From: Clostridia bacterium
Lineage (GTDB): Bacteria; Bacillota; Clostridia; Oscillospirales; CAG-272
Direction of reading: 5' to 3'
Assembly (NCBI GenBank): GCA_017483305.1
Contig: JAFULC010000044.1
Coordinates: 11,865-75,864 of the forward strand
Length of the DNA stretch: 64,000 nt
Shown here: piece after piece, positions 19,177 through 30,131 of the stretch
Position numbering within the stretch: position 1 is the stretch's first letter
How the letters are laid out: each line of letters opens with the position of its first letter
Program-made: the position numbers and the translations under genes
The notes under the pieces: generated by a model
What the model saw: only the letters and a program-made list of their open reading frames with translations
What the model was told of the DNA's origin: nothing
Database searches by the model: none

Positions 19177-20751
19177 ATGAAAAACATTACATCCGCAGAA
19201 CTCGGCATTGTCGGCAACGGCACGGTATATCGCAACCTTGCTATTTCCTCTCTCGTTGAAAAAGCATTGAAAAGGAAAGAGGGCGTTCTCAGTAATACGG
19301 GAGCGTTGGCTGTGGAAACAGGAAAATACACCGGTCGAAGTCCCGATGATAAATTCATCGTGGATACCCCCGCTATACACGACACTATTGCTTGGGGTAA
19401 GATCAACGTGCCGATCTCCGAGGAACGTTACGACAGAATCAAGGGTAAAATGCTTGCCTACCTGCAAGGCAAAGAGCTTTTCGTATTCGACGGATTTGCG
19501 GGAGCTGATCCAAAGTACACGCAAAAATTCCGCGTAATCAACGAACTCGCAAGCCAAAATCTCTTTATCCATCAGCTTCTGATCCGTCCGACCGAGGAGG
19601 AGCTGGAAACATTTACACCTGACTATACCATTATCGCCGCACCGGGATTCAAATGCGTCCCCGAACTTGATGGTGTGCATAGCGAGGCGGCAATCCTCAT
19701 TAACTATGAAAAGAAAGAGGTTCTTATCGCAGGAAGCCAATACAGCGGTGAGATCAAAAAGAGCGTCTTTTCCGTAATGAATTACGTCCTTCCGCAAATG
19801 GGCGTGCTCCCCATGCACTGCTCTGCAAATATAGGGGATGATGGTGAAAGTGCTGTATTCTTTGGATTGTCGGGCACGGGCAAGACTACGCTTTCTGCTG
19901 ATCCTTCAAGAAAGCTGATCGGTGACGATGAGCACGGTTGGTCTGCTGACGGTGTGTTCAACATTGAGGGCGGATGCTATGCAAAATGCATCGGTCTGAA
20001 AAAGGAAAACGAACCCGAGATCTTTGATGCTGTTCGCTTTGGCGCATTGCTTGAAAACGTTATCCTTGATGAAAACGGTGTGCCAGATTACGAGGATGAC
20101 TCGCTGACAGAAAACACCCGTGTAGGTTATCCCATCGACTTTATTCCCAATGCAGAAATCCCCGGTGTCGGCGGTCAGCCCAAAACGATCATCTTCCTTA
20201 CGGCAGATGCTTTCGGTGTGCTGCCTCCCATCTCGAAGCTCGATAACGATATGGCAATGTATCATTTCGTGTCGGGATACACGAGCAAGCTCGCAGGAAC
20301 CGAGCGCGGCATTACCGAACCTCAGACAACCTTTTCCACCTTGTTCGGTGCGCCCTTCTTCCCGATGAACGCCTCGGTATACGCAACGATGCTTGGCGAT
20401 AAGCTGAAGGAAGCGGGAGCAAACGTATTCCTTGTGAATACGGGTTGGTGCGGAGGCGCGGCAGGCACCGTTCCGAGAATGAAGCTGAAATATACTCGCG
20501 CTATGGTATCTGCTGCTCTTTCGGGTGAGTTGAATGATATAGACTATGAGCTTGATCCTATTTTCAATGTCTATATTCCCAAGACCTGCCCCGGCGTTCC
20601 GGATGATATACTTAATCCGAGAAAAGTATGGGCAGACACCACAGCTTATGAGAAAGCGGCTCGCAGGCTTGCGAAAAAATTTGCAGAAAATTTTGCGGCA
20701 AAATATCCCGATATGCCGGAAAATATAGCTAAGGCGGGACCGCGTTACTAA
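19177..20751 (+). CDS. pckA: phosphoenolpyruvate carboxykinase (ATP)
   Basis: It has the kinase-1a motif GLSGTGKTT and a typical PckA N-terminus. The start at ATG 19177 follows GGAGG. Confidence 0.95.
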   Translation: MKNITSAELGIVGNGTVYRNLAISSLVEKALKRKEGVLSNTGALAVETGKYTGRSPDDKFIVDTPAIHDTIAWGKINVPISEERYDRIKGKMLAYLQGKELFVFDGFAGADPKYTQKFRVINELASQNLFIHQLLIRPTEEELETFTPDYTIIAAPGFKCVPELDGVHSEAAILINYEKKEVLIAGSQYSGEIKKSVFSVMNYVLPQMGVLPMHCSANIGDDGESAVFFGLSGTGKTTLSADPSRKLIGDDEHGWSADGVFNIEGGCYAKCIGLKKENEPEIFDAVRFGALLENVILDENGVPDYEDDSLTENTRVGYPIDFIPNAEIPGVGGQPKTIIFLTADAFGVLPPISKLDNDMAMYHFVSGYTSKLAGTERGITEPQTTFSTLFGAPFFPMNASVYATMLGDKLKEAGANVFLVNTGWCGGAAGTVPRMKLKYTRAMVSAALSGELNDIDYELDPIFNVYIPKTCPGVPDDILNPRKVWADTTAYEKAARRLAKKFAENFAAKYPDMPENIAKAGPRY

Positions 20752-20824
20752 GTTGCATCGCGTCCCAACATAATTGGTATTACAAAGTTGTAATATAATC
20801 AAATCATAAGAAAGGAGTATAGCT

Positions 20825-21283
20825 ATGACTAAAAAATCCAATTCCGAACTGTTTTCTTCCATACTTTACATCATCATTGGTATCCTTCTTGTTATTTTCC
20901 GTTCCGAAACATTGAATTGGGCAATGACAATTGCAGGAATCGTATTCTTGATTTCCGGTATCCTTGATTTGGTAAAGAAAAATTGGGCAGGCGGAGCAGT
21001 AAGCCTTATCATCGGCTTGGCTGTCTTGATACTCGGTTGGGCGGCAACACAGATCGTTCTGCTTGTCCTCGGTATTCTGATTGCTGTCAAGGGCATCGTT
21101 GCTTTGATAAACGTGCTGAAAAAGGGCGCAGACAACGTGCTTGAGGTGATCTATCCGATCATCTCTGTCGTTGTAGGTCTTATGCTCGCATTCGGCAACG
21201 GACTTGACGTGATGATCATTATCGTCGGTGTGCTTCTCGCAGTTGACGGCGTGATCGGTCTTGTCGGCTCAATGAAGAAATGA
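20825..21283 (+). CDS. DUF308-like small membrane protein
   Basis: 152 aa consisting almost entirely of hydrophobic helices. RBS AAGGAG. Confidence 0.6.
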   Translation: MTKKSNSELFSSILYIIIGILLVIFRSETLNWAMTIAGIVFLISGILDLVKKNWAGGAVSLIIGLAVLILGWAATQIVLLVLGILIAVKGIVALINVLKKGADNVLEVIYPIISVVVGLMLAFGNGLDVMIIIVGVLLAVDGVIGLVGSMKK

Positions 21284-21288
21284 TCCCT

Positions 21289-21336
21289 AAAAAAACGAAG
21301 CCCTCGCTCTGTTTTCGGAACGAGGGCTTCGTTTTA
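21289..21336. terminator. bidirectional intrinsic terminator
   Basis: 11-bp stem cgaagccctcg / cgagggcttcg with flanking A- and T-runs, between convergent genes. Confidence 0.7.
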
Positions 21337-21407
21337 TGATGAAGCAATTATTAGAGAACCAAAGAGGACACGGGATTAAAATTCAGCCAAGAGCGTTACA
21401 TGAGTGA

Positions 21408-22343
21408 TCAATACAGATTCTCATATACTCCACCGACAATAAACTCCTTGATCAGCGAGGTTTCGGGGATGTATTTTTCATCTACGGGTTTTATCTGCTT
21501 GAACGCAGCCACAACAACCGCAATATATTCATTACGCTTTGCGAGATCCTCCGTTAACAGTAAATCGGCATATTTTTTCATAACACCGAGTTCAAAGGTA
21601 TGGAAGGTATCAAAGGCAATATCGGCATGACTCTTATACGGATAGAGGTACACGTCCTCCGCCGCAAGAACCTCATCCCAGATATCGAAGGTTCTCTCTG
21701 CGGTAGCGCCTCTGTAAATGCTGTCTCGCACAAGCCGTCTGACAAATCGGATCTTTCGTCCCGATAGAATTTGCGTATCTCCGTCCATAATATTGGTGGA
21801 AACACTGATGAATATTTTCAAGATTTTTTCGCTTGGCAGATGATTCGAAATGAGGGGGTTCAATGCGTGTAGTCCTTCGATAATGACACAGCCTTGCGAT
21901 ATCGGCTTGTGGACTTTTTCTTCGGTGCATCTTCCTTGCTTGAAATCGTAGTTCGGTATAACAAAGGTTTCTCCCGATAATATCTTTTCAAACACCGCTT
22001 GCATTTTATCCAAATTCAATGATTCAGGGCATTCATAATCAAGCTGTCCGTCATCAAGCCGCGGATAATTCGGATCATCCTGATCGCGGTAAAAATTATC
22101 AAGTGAAATAACCACGGCTTCCGTTTGCATACTGCGAAGCTTATCCGCAAGCAGATTCGCCGTAGTTGTTTTGCCCGAGCCGGATGGGCCTGCAAGCAAG
22201 ATCAGCTTGAGCTGCGGATTGTTTATAATTTGGGAAGCGATTTTCTCAATTTTATCAAAATACGTCCGTTCCGCATCAAGCACCATTTTTTCGGGCGCGG
22301 ATGTGGCAAGAAAATTCAGTTCCTTTATATCTGTTTGGGGCAT
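21408..22343 (-). CDS. uridine-kinase-like P-loop nucleoside kinase family protein
   Basis: 311 aa with Walker A GPSGSGKTT and a PRK/Udk-like arrangement. Confidence 0.7.
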   Translation of the reverse strand: MPQTDIKELNFLATSAPEKMVLDAERTYFDKIEKIASQIINNPQLKLILLAGPSGSGKTTTANLLADKLRSMQTEAVVISLDNFYRDQDDPNYPRLDDGQLDYECPESLNLDKMQAVFEKILSGETFVIPNYDFKQGRCTEEKVHKPISQGCVIIEGLHALNPLISNHLPSEKILKIFISVSTNIMDGDTQILSGRKIRFVRRLVRDSIYRGATAERTFDIWDEVLAAEDVYLYPYKSHADIAFDTFHTFELGVMKKYADLLLTEDLAKRNEYIAVVVAAFKQIKPVDEKYIPETSLIKEFIVGGVYENLY

Positions 22344-22364
22344 CGTTTTTCCTTTCTTTTTACT

Positions 22365-23960
22365 TTACTTCCATTTTTCAATCAAGGCGCGAATTTGTGC
22401 GGTGAGCTTGGCGTTATCCTTGTTTGCGCATCCGCGTCGGCTGTTTGCCAAGCGGAGCAGCTCCTCTGCCGCCTCTGTCAGATCGTTATGAATAGCTTTG
22501 GCACGAGCCGTAGCGGGAGAGCTTTTACGAACACGAACCGAATCGGTATAGATCGTCATTTTGTTTGTGACCAGATCGTATTCCGTTCCGCTGAAGGGGG
22601 CTTCGGCGTGATAGCCCTTTTCTTCAAGAAACTGACGGAATGCCTCGCAGGAGCCCTCGTCACCGTGGTTGACGTAGACAGTCTTCGGCTTTATCCTGAA
22701 GCTATCTACGAACCGCACAAGACCGTTTCGGTCGGCGTGTCCCGAAGTACCGTGAAGCTGTGCGATCTCGGCTTTGACTACGATTTCTTCACCAAAGAGC
22801 TTCACTCTTTTTGCACCGTTCAACAAGGCTCTGCCGAGGGAATTTTGCGCTTGATAGCCGACGAACAGAATTATATTTTGCTTTTTCCAAAGATTGTGCT
22901 TTAAGTGGTGGCGAATTCGTCCCGCCTCGCACATACCGCTTGCGGAAATGATCACCTTGGGCTTTGCATTTTCATTGATGGCTTTGGAATCATCTGCCGT
23001 TACCGACAGAGTAAGTCCATCAAACCAAATGGGGTTGATGCCTTTCTTAACCATCGCCAAGGTTTCCTCGTCAAGACAATCGTGACCGCATTGCAGGAAG
23101 ATGCCCGTAGCTTCCACCGCCAAGGGGCTGTCCACGTATACGGGAAAATCGCCAAATCCCGTGACAAGCCCTTTTTGCTTGATCTCACGGATGGCGTAAA
23201 GAATTTCCTGCGTTCTGCCTACCGCAAAGGACGGAATAACAACGTTTCCTCCGCGATTAAAGGCTTTTTGAATATACCTTGCAAGCTCGGGAACGGCATC
23301 CTTCGGTTTTTCATGCAGACGGTTTCCGTAGGTCGATTCGATCACAAGATAGTCGGCTTCCTCCACATACTGAGGATCTTTGATGATTGGTTGATTGGTA
23401 TTGCCCACATCTCCCGAAAATACGATCTTTCGTTCCTCTCCGTTTTCCTTCAGCCAAATTTCAATACAAGCAGAACCGAGCAGATGTCCCACATCGGTGA
23501 ATCGAATCGTCGCGCATTCGGAAACGAATATTTTTTCTTTATAATTAGACGGACGGAACAGCGATATTGCGCCCACGGCGTCTGCCATAGTATAAACAGG
23601 CTCGATAGCGCCATCACCTGCACGCTCGGATTTTCTCGACTGCCACATTGCCTCAAACTCTTGAATATGGGCAGAATCTCGGAGCATAATGTCACAGAGA
23701 TTAGCGGTTTCGTTCGTTGCGTAGATCTTACCGCGAAAGCCGTCTTTATAAAGCTTCGGCAGCATACCCGAATGGTCAATGTGAGCGTGTGTCAAAAACA
23801 CCGCTTCGATTTCAGACGGAACGATTGGCAGGGCAACATTTTCAAAAACGTCCACACCCTGTTCCATTCCGCAATCGATCAAGTATTGGTAATCTCCCAC
23901 AGTCAGCAAGGTACAGGAACCCGTAACCTCGTGCGCGGCACCGATAAATTGAATTTTCAT
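22365..23960 (-). CDS. MBL-fold metallo-hydrolase with beta-CASP / RNA-specificity domain
   Basis: It has the HAHIDHSG motif and a beta-CASP-like C-terminal half. The start at MKIQFIGAA follows AAGGAGGAG. Confidence 0.85.
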   Translation of the reverse strand: MKIQFIGAAHEVTGSCTLLTVGDYQYLIDCGMEQGVDVFENVALPIVPSEIEAVFLTHAHIDHSGMLPKLYKDGFRGKIYATNETANLCDIMLRDSAHIQEFEAMWQSRKSERAGDGAIEPVYTMADAVGAISLFRPSNYKEKIFVSECATIRFTDVGHLLGSACIEIWLKENGEERKIVFSGDVGNTNQPIIKDPQYVEEADYLVIESTYGNRLHEKPKDAVPELARYIQKAFNRGGNVVIPSFAVGRTQEILYAIREIKQKGLVTGFGDFPVYVDSPLAVEATGIFLQCGHDCLDEETLAMVKKGINPIWFDGLTLSVTADDSKAINENAKPKVIISASGMCEAGRIRHHLKHNLWKKQNIILFVGYQAQNSLGRALLNGAKRVKLFGEEIVVKAEIAQLHGTSGHADRNGLVRFVDSFRIKPKTVYVNHGDEGSCEAFRQFLEEKGYHAEAPFSGTEYDLVTNKMTIYTDSVRVRKSSPATARAKAIHNDLTEAAEELLRLANSRRGCANKDNAKLTAQIRALIEKWK

Positions 23961-24038
23961 ATATGCTCCTCCTTCATTTTGATATTGAGTATGCTTCCTC
24001 ACTTACAGTATACCATGAAATGATGAATATTTTTTTAA

Positions 24039-24812
24039 CTAATGTATGGGCATATCAAATTTGCGAAGCCTTTCAAAAAGCTCATCTTCCTCAGTCGGAA
24101 TATCCTCAGCAGCTTCGATTTTTTTACGAAGCTCAAGCATTTTTTCATCAGTCGAGGTGATGATCTCAGCGCATTGCCTTAACTGCTCAGAAATTTCCGA
24201 TTCGTCGGGAAGGTTACTTTTATACTTTAACTGATGCTCAAGACTTGCCCAAAAGTCCATTGCAATGGTACGAATCTGAACTTCCACCTTAACGTCTTTC
24301 TTCGTATCAGCAAAAAATACGGGAATGCTAACAATCAAATGCAAACTTCGATATCCGTTTTCTTTTGGATTTTTAATATAGTCCTTGATAGAGATCAAAG
24401 AAACATCGTCCTGCTTTAGCAGCGCATCCGCAATGCTGTAAATATCATCAATATAGGAGCATATCACCCGAATTCCGGCAATATCATTGATATTCTTTTC
24501 CATAGACTCCAAGGTCACGGGAACATGATACCGCGCCATCTTTTCCATAATGCTTTCGGTTCGTTTGAGCCTTGTCTGTATGGAATTAATGGGATTTCGT
24601 TTGTGCTTCAAATTAAATTCTGTGCTTAGAATCTCGAACTTGGTTTGGATCTCCTTCAAGGCACAGCTATAACACATTTGCAATTCTTTGAATTTTACTA
24701 CCGACCACATGGCTTGCATCGTCCTGCTTCTCAGCAGATTTGCTTCGTCCTTACCCAAAATTTGACTTATCAACGCCATATCTTCAGAATTCGATGTGCT
24801 TTTTCTATCCAT
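24039..24812 (-). CDS. small alarmone synthetase (GTP pyrophosphokinase, RelP/RelQ type)
   Basis: RelA/SpoT synthetase-domain motifs are present (GYRSLHLIV, EVQIRTIAMDFWASLEH). No hydrolase domain is visible. Confidence 0.85.
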   Translation of the reverse strand: MDRKSTSNSEDMALISQILGKDEANLLRSRTMQAMWSVVKFKELQMCYSCALKEIQTKFEILSTEFNLKHKRNPINSIQTRLKRTESIMEKMARYHVPVTLESMEKNINDIAGIRVICSYIDDIYSIADALLKQDDVSLISIKDYIKNPKENGYRSLHLIVSIPVFFADTKKDVKVEVQIRTIAMDFWASLEHQLKYKSNLPDESEISEQLRQCAEIITSTDEKMLELRKKIEAAEDIPTEEDELFERLRKFDMPIH

Positions 24813-24948
24813 TTCGTATTTCCTTTCCCGCCTGCAAAGAATAATGCACAACGCATACTTTACACGTAAAAGCGTATATAGTTTTTCAAAACGAATTTTC
24901 TGTTTTTTATTTCAATTATAGTTTACAACAGAACGACGTTTTACACAA

Positions 24949-25058
24949 GGGACAAAAAATAATCGCTGTCCAAAAAGGTAACATTTCTTATGAATGTCGA
25001 ATTTTTGGACACTATGAATCATTTGTCCGGTTTTTATTCCGTGTTACTGTGATATACT
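24949..25058 (+). promoter_or_regulatory. shared 36-nt motif (24949-24984), a second GGACA-N12-TGTCC unit (25007-25028), and a possible extended -10 TGATATACT
   Basis: GGGACAAAAAATAATCGCTGTCCAAAAAGGTAACAT is read directly. The core positions are identical to the motifs at 13452 and 8338. Confidence 0.4.
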
Positions 25059-25072
25059 CTTGTTGCAATCCG

Positions 25073-25101
25073 TTGAAAAATTAACAAAATTGTAGTATAA
25101 T
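25073..25101 (+). promoter_or_regulatory. sigma-A-type promoter for the ABC transporter operon
   Basis: TTGAAA, 17 nt spacer, TATAAT, located 34 nt upstream of the ATG. Confidence 0.55.
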
Positions 25102-25134
25102 AAAGATTGAAATGCTTGAAAGGATCAAAAAGCA

Positions 25135-25839
25135 ATGGAACACTTTGTCAAATTTCAAAATGTCAGCAAAGTATATACAATGGGAGAAGTCAAAATCAAC
25201 GCCCTGCACGATGCCTCTTTTGAGATCGAACGGGGTGAGGTCTGTGTGATCGTCGGGCCTTCGGGTGCCGGAAAGACCACCCTGCTCAACATTCTCGGCG
25301 GAATGGATCAGCTCAGCGAAGGAAAGGTCACGGTTGATGGAAAGGAGGTTTCGGCGTACAAGGAAAAGGAACTGACCTCCTACCGCCGCTACGATGTGGG
25401 CTTTGTTTTTCAGTTCTACAACCTCATCGGCAATCTGACCGCCCTTGAAAACGTGGAAATGGCGACTCAGCTTTCAAAAGATCCCCTCGATCCAATGGAG
25501 ATGCTGAAGCTCGTCGGACTTGAGGAGAGAGCGCTGAACTTTCCCTCACAGCTCTCGGGCGGAGAACAGCAGCGTGTATCTATCGCTCGCGCGCTTGCAA
25601 AGAACCCCAAGCTGCTCCTTTGTGACGAGCCGACGGGCGCTCTCGACTACGTTACGGGAAAGCAGATTTTGAAGCTGTTGCAGGACACCTCCCGCAAAAC
25701 GGGCATGACGGTGGTGATCATTACGCACAACAGCGCGCTGACCGCCATGGCCGACCGTGTGATCAAGGTGAAGAACGGTACGGTCGTGGATATGCGAAGA
25801 AATGAAAACGCAACGCCCGTAGAAGAGATCGAATGGTAA
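25135..25839 (+). CDS. ABC transporter ATP-binding protein (MacB/LolD-like)
   Basis: Walker [10 protein letters not shown], signature LSGGEQQR and Walker B LLLCDEP. Confidence 0.95.
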   Translation: MEHFVKFQNVSKVYTMGEVKINALHDASFEIERGEVCVIVGPSGAGKTTLLNILGGMDQLSEGKVTVDGKEVSAYKEKELTSYRRYDVGFVFQFYNLIGNLTALENVEMATQLSKDPLDPMEMLKLVGLEERALNFPSQLSGGEQQRVSIARALAKNPKLLLCDEPTGALDYVTGKQILKLLQDTSRKTGMTVVIITHNSALTAMADRVIKVKNGTVVDMRRNENATPVEEIEW

Positions 25840-28586
25840 TGCCTATGCTACTGAAAACTACCCTTCGAACCATCAAAAAATCCCTTGGACGGTATCTTGC
25901 CATTCTTGCGATCATCGCCCTTGGCGTCGGCTTTTTTGCGGGGCTTCGGGTGACCGAGAAAGCAATGCTCGCTACCGCCGATGAATACATAAACGAGCTG
26001 AATCTGTACGATTTCAAGCTCATCTCCACCTTGGGACTCACCGAGGACGACGTAAAAGAGTTTGAAAGGCTCGACGGCATTGACGTGGCGGTAGGCTCTG
26101 TCAGCGTCGATGCCATCGTGGAGCGGGAGGACGGCTCGGATGCCGTACTGCACGCCCACACGCTGTTTGAGAAGATCAACGGCGTCGATCTTCTCTACGG
26201 GCGACTACCGCAGAGTGACGGCGAGTGCGTTCTCGATTCCCGTTATGCGAGGGAGAGCGAAATCGGCAAGACGGTGATGCTTTCGGAAAACAATTCCGAA
26301 GAAACGCTCGACAGCTTTGCGCATGGCGAATATACCGTTGTCGGCATTGTGGATTCCTCGGAATACATCAACTTCCAACGAGGCACGACCGCGCTTTCGG
26401 GCGGTACGGTTTCGGGATTTTTCTACCTTCTGCCGTCGGGCTTTGCCACTGATACCTATACGGAAATTTATCTTTCCATCCCCACGGATGCCGAGATCTA
26501 TTCGGACGAATACGAAAACGCACTCGACAAGGTTCGTTCCTCGGTAGAAACACTTCTATCGGAGCGCGCCGATATCCGCTTTGAGAGCATTTATAACGAT
26601 GCAAAGTCCGAGCTTGACGAAGCGGGAGTCACACTTGAAGAAAAGAAAGCAGAGCTTGCCGATGCCAAGACCGCGCTTGACAGCGCCAGAGCAGAGCTTG
26701 ATTCCGCTTGGGCGACGCTGAACGAGGCAAAAAAGCAGCCTGCGGCGGCACTCCCCGAGGTGCAAGCACAGCTTGCCGTGCAGGAAGCAGCCCTCAATGA
26801 AGCCGAGGCGGAATACGCAGAAAATCTCACAAGCTACAACGAAGCAAAAGCGACCGCCGACGAGGAGATCGCAAAAGCAGAAGTAGACCTTGCCGACGGT
26901 TACGCCGAGCTTGAAGCACTTGAAAAACCGACTGTATACACCCTTGACTGCAGCGCAAACTTCGGATACGTCGGCTTTGAAAATGATATCGCCATTGTTT
27001 CGGGTGTCGCCCGTGTGTTCCCAATTTTCTTTTTCCTCGTTGCCGCCCTCGTCTGCATTACTACTATGACACGAATGGTCAGCGAACAGCGCACCCAGAA
27101 CGGCGTTCTCAAAGCGCTTGGCTACAGCTCTGTTGCCGTGGCGTCGCAGTATCTCATTTATGCGGGAAGCGCTTCCATCCTCGGATGCGTGGTCGGCTTT
27201 TTGCTCGGTTCAAAATTCATGCCGCTTGTGCTGTGGGAGGTGTACAAGATCATGTACACCATCGCACGTCCCGTGGCATTCGTGCTTGATTTCGGCTTGT
27301 TTGCACTTTGTACCTCACTCTATCTGCTTTGCTCGCTGGGCGTTACCTATGCGGTATGCCGCAGAGATCTGCGGGAAAGCGCGGCACAGCTGATGCGCCC
27401 GAAAGCGCCGAGCGCGGGAAAACGCGTGTTCCTTGAAAGGATCGGCTTTATTTGGAAGCCGATGAAGTTTTTACACAAGGTGTCCGTCCGCAATATTCTC
27501 CGCTACAAAAAGAGGATGTTTATGATGATCGTGGGCATTGGCGGCTGTATGGCGCTTCTGCTGACGGGCTTCGGCATCCGTGACACCATTCAACCCATCG
27601 TGGATCATCAATACGGCGAGATCAATCTCTATGACGCAAGCGTTTCCTTTTTGCACCATCCAAGCGACAAGGAACGCGACACCTTTGAAGCGAACATATC
27701 CGATTTTACCGAGGCATCGGTGCTTCTCCATTCGGGGAATACCGATCTTGTGCTTGACGGGCAGACGGTTTCGGTCTCTCTCATCGCCTACAACGAGGAC
27801 ATGAGCGCGTTTATCGACCTGCATAAAGGCGACGAGCCGATTGCGTGGCCGACGGGAGAGCAAGCGGTTATCAACTACCGCATTGCCGATCTGTACGGCA
27901 TTTCGGTCGGAGACACGCTGACACTTCGCGACAAGGATTATAAAGAGACGTCGGTCACCGTTTCGGGCATCTTAGATAACTATCTTTACGATTACGTCTA
28001 TATCCATGCAGATACCTTCGAGGAAGGCTTCGGATACGCCCCCGAAATGAATACGGCATATCTGAATTTTAAGGACGGTGCAGACCACTATACCTCGGGC
28101 GCGGCGCTGCTCTCGGAGGAGAACGTGGCATCCATCATGCTGACCGAGGAAGCCAAGGAATCGGTGGGCAGTATGCTGCAAAGCCTTGACTATATCGTTC
28201 TGATCGTTCTTGTGTGCGCCGGTGCGCTTGCTTTCATCGTGCTTTACAACCTCACGAACATCACCATCACCGAGCGTACCCGTGAGATCGCCACTTTGAA
28301 GGTGCTTGGCTTCTACCGCCACGAACAAAGCTCCTATGTGTTCCGCGAGAATATCATCCTTTCGATACTTGGAGCGATCTGTGGCATACCGTTTGGTATC
28401 GCGCTTCTGAATTATACGATGGCGCAGATCCAGATCGACAACTTCTATTTCGGTTGTCGCCTGTCGGGACTCAGCTACCTGTGGGCGTTTCTCTTGACGC
28501 TCCTCTTTACCGTCATCGTTGATGCCGCCCTCACCGCAAAGCTCAAAAGGATCAATATGGCAGAGGCTATGAAGGCGATTGAATAA
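25833..28586 (+). CDS. FtsX-family ABC transporter permease with a long coiled-coil extracytoplasmic region
   Basis: 917 aa with two FtsX-like 4-TM modules separated by an Ala/Glu-rich coiled-coil region. Its start overlaps the ATPase stop. Confidence 0.9.
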   Translation: MVMPMLLKTTLRTIKKSLGRYLAILAIIALGVGFFAGLRVTEKAMLATADEYINELNLYDFKLISTLGLTEDDVKEFERLDGIDVAVGSVSVDAIVEREDGSDAVLHAHTLFEKINGVDLLYGRLPQSDGECVLDSRYARESEIGKTVMLSENNSEETLDSFAHGEYTVVGIVDSSEYINFQRGTTALSGGTVSGFFYLLPSGFATDTYTEIYLSIPTDAEIYSDEYENALDKVRSSVETLLSERADIRFESIYNDAKSELDEAGVTLEEKKAELADAKTALDSARAELDSAWATLNEAKKQPAAALPEVQAQLAVQEAALNEAEAEYAENLTSYNEAKATADEEIAKAEVDLADGYAELEALEKPTVYTLDCSANFGYVGFENDIAIVSGVARVFPIFFFLVAALVCITTMTRMVSEQRTQNGVLKALGYSSVAVASQYLIYAGSASILGCVVGFLLGSKFMPLVLWEVYKIMYTIARPVAFVLDFGLFALCTSLYLLCSLGVTYAVCRRDLRESAAQLMRPKAPSAGKRVFLERIGFIWKPMKFLHKVSVRNILRYKKRMFMMIVGIGGCMALLLTGFGIRDTIQPIVDHQYGEINLYDASVSFLHHPSDKERDTFEANISDFTEASVLLHSGNTDLVLDGQTVSVSLIAYNEDMSAFIDLHKGDEPIAWPTGEQAVINYRIADLYGISVGDTLTLRDKDYKETSVTVSGILDNYLYDYVYIHADTFEEGFGYAPEMNTAYLNFKDGADHYTSGAALLSEENVASIMLTEEAKESVGSMLQSLDYIVLIVLVCAGALAFIVLYNLTNITITERTREIATLKVLGFYRHEQSSYVFRENIILSILGAICGIPFGIALLNYTMAQIQIDNFYFGCRLSGLSYLWAFLLTLLFTVIVDAALTAKLKRINMAEAMKAIE

Positions 28587-28623
28587 AATATGCTCATTTC
28601 TAAGGGCTGCAATAAAAAGTTTA

Positions 28624-28645
28624 GGGCTGACGAATTCGTCAGCCC
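28624..28645. terminator. palindromic hairpin / bidirectional terminator
   Basis: Perfect palindrome GGGCTGACGAATTCGTCAGCCC between convergent genes. Confidence 0.6.
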
Positions 28646-28664
28646 TTTCGCCGTATTTACGGTA

Positions 28665-30131
28665 TTACCCTGCGGATCTGCGCTTTTCTCGCTTCAAGAT
28701 GGTTTTAATGGCATTGATGCCCGAGGATGCGGCAATGGGAAGTCCGCCGGGTGCTTGAAGCCATTGGGTTGCGAGAATGACGTTTTTTAGCCCTTTTACC
28801 TTGTTCTTCATCATCAAAGGCAGCGTTCTCGGCGGCAAAGCAAAGCTCATCCACGAGCCGATCTCGGAATTGACGAAGCGGCGGTAGGTCGCGGGTGTCC
28901 AGACGTCAAGACAATCGAGTTTTCCATTCAGCTCGGGGTACTTATTTGCGATGATCTCCATAATTGCCGTAGCAATTTTCTGTTTTCTTTCCTTATACGC
29001 CTTCTTATCACGGCTGAGAGAAATGAAGCGTTTCGCCTCGTCCTCCTTGCAGTAGGTCATCGTCTGCAAGATATTCTTTCCCTCGGGCGCAAAGCTCTTT
29101 TCGTGAGAGAACTCACGGAGCAGAAAATAATCGGCAGGCACGACGTCCCGATATTGCTCCGGCACTTCGATCACCATATCGCCGTGAAACGGAAGCTCGG
29201 CGCTGTCGCAGGCATAGGCACAATGATAGCTTGAAAAGCGAGTCATTTTCTTATCTTCATATTGCTTTTTCAACTTCTTGGGCATGAGCTTTTTATCAAG
29301 AAGCTTGCTGAAGGTGACGGCGGGATCAGTGGCGACGATCACGTAGTCGGCTTTCTCCACGCTGCCGTCTTCCAAGGTAACCGATTCCGCGCAGTCCTCG
29401 CCCGTATTGATCTTGGCAACACCGCGCTTCAGATGAAGCTTACCGCCGAGGGATAGAAAACGGTTCGTCATGCGCTCTGCCATCGCTTCGGACGAGCCCT
29501 CGGGAATACCGCCGTTGCCGCCCGTAAAGGTAGCAAAGACCATCACGAGCGCGAGCGCGCTGAAATAATCGGTCATCATCGACTCAATAAAGCCCTGAAT
29601 GACGGGGTGAGAAAACCGTTTGGCAAGGTCGCCCGTGCTGAGTCCGTAATAGCCCACGATTGCGGGGATCGCGAATATTTTCTGCGCTGACGTACTCTTT
29701 TTCTCGTTGTGCTTTCCCGCGATGCCGTTGATACGCTGAAATGCCTTGATCGCGCGAATGAACGCCTTGATCTCCTTTTTGTCGCTTGGTGAAAGCGCGA
29801 GCATATCGGCTTCAAATTTGTCAATGCTCTGTCCGAGGGAAAGACTCTGTCCGTCCTTTTCAAAGGTGAACAGCGATTCTCCCTGATGCACCTCTACGTC
29901 GCCGAGAGCGCCGAGCGACTCCCAAGTTTTGTAGAGCTTTGTGACGGGATTCGTACCCGTCAGCCAATGAATACAGTTGTCTATATGATATCCGCAGCGA
30001 TCCCACCCCGTGAGATTGCCGCCTGCCTTGAAGTGTCGTTCGTAAATGGTCGCGTTGTGTCCGTGCATTTGGGCATAGATTCCTGCCGAAAGTCCCGAAA
30101 CACCCGCTCCGATTATAATGATTTTTGCCAA
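28665..30131 (-). CDS. phytoene-desaturase-family NAD(P)/FAD-dependent oxidoreductase
   Basis: N-terminal dinucleotide fold IIIIGAGVSGLSAG. The start is set at TTG 30131, 5 nt after AAGGAGG. The ORF opens at 30161. Confidence 0.85.
   Translation of the reverse strand: MAKIIIIGAGVSGLSAGIYAQMHGHNATIYERHFKAGGNLTGWDRCGYHIDNCIHWLTGTNPVTKLYKTWESLGALGDVEVHQGESLFTFEKDGQSLSLGQSIDKFEADMLALSPSDKKEIKAFIRAIKAFQRINGIAGKHNEKKSTSAQKIFAIPAIVGYYGLSTGDLAKRFSHPVIQGFIESMMTDYFSALALVMVFATFTGGNGGIPEGSSEAMAERMTNRFLSLGGKLHLKRGVAKINTGEDCAESVTLEDGSVEKADYVIVATDPAVTFSKLLDKKLMPKKLKKQYEDKKMTRFSSYHCAYACDSAELPFHGDMVIEVPEQYRDVVPADYFLLREFSHEKSFAPEGKNILQTMTYCKEDEAKRFISLSRDKKAYKERKQKIATAIMEIIANKYPELNGKLDCLDVWTPATYRRFVNSEIGSWMSFALPPRTLPLMMKNKVKGLKNVILATQWLQAPGGLPIAASSGINAIKTILKREKRRSAG

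Noticed and set aside
24039-24812. The small alarmone synthetase as a toxSAS toxin-antitoxin module with the neighbouring MBL nuclease and kinase.
   Set aside because: The sequence and length match housekeeping RelP/RelQ enzymes. There is no small adjacent antitoxin ORF or overlap, and the neighbours are ordinary core genes separated by normal intergenic gaps.
28665-30131. The phytoene-desaturase-family oxidoreductase plus the CrtO-like genes as a staphyloxanthin-type carotenoid cluster.
   Set aside because: The window has no squalene/phytoene synthase (CrtM), no second desaturase/oxidase and no GT2 CrtQ. The genes are also about 20-29 kb apart, in different operons with lipid genes.
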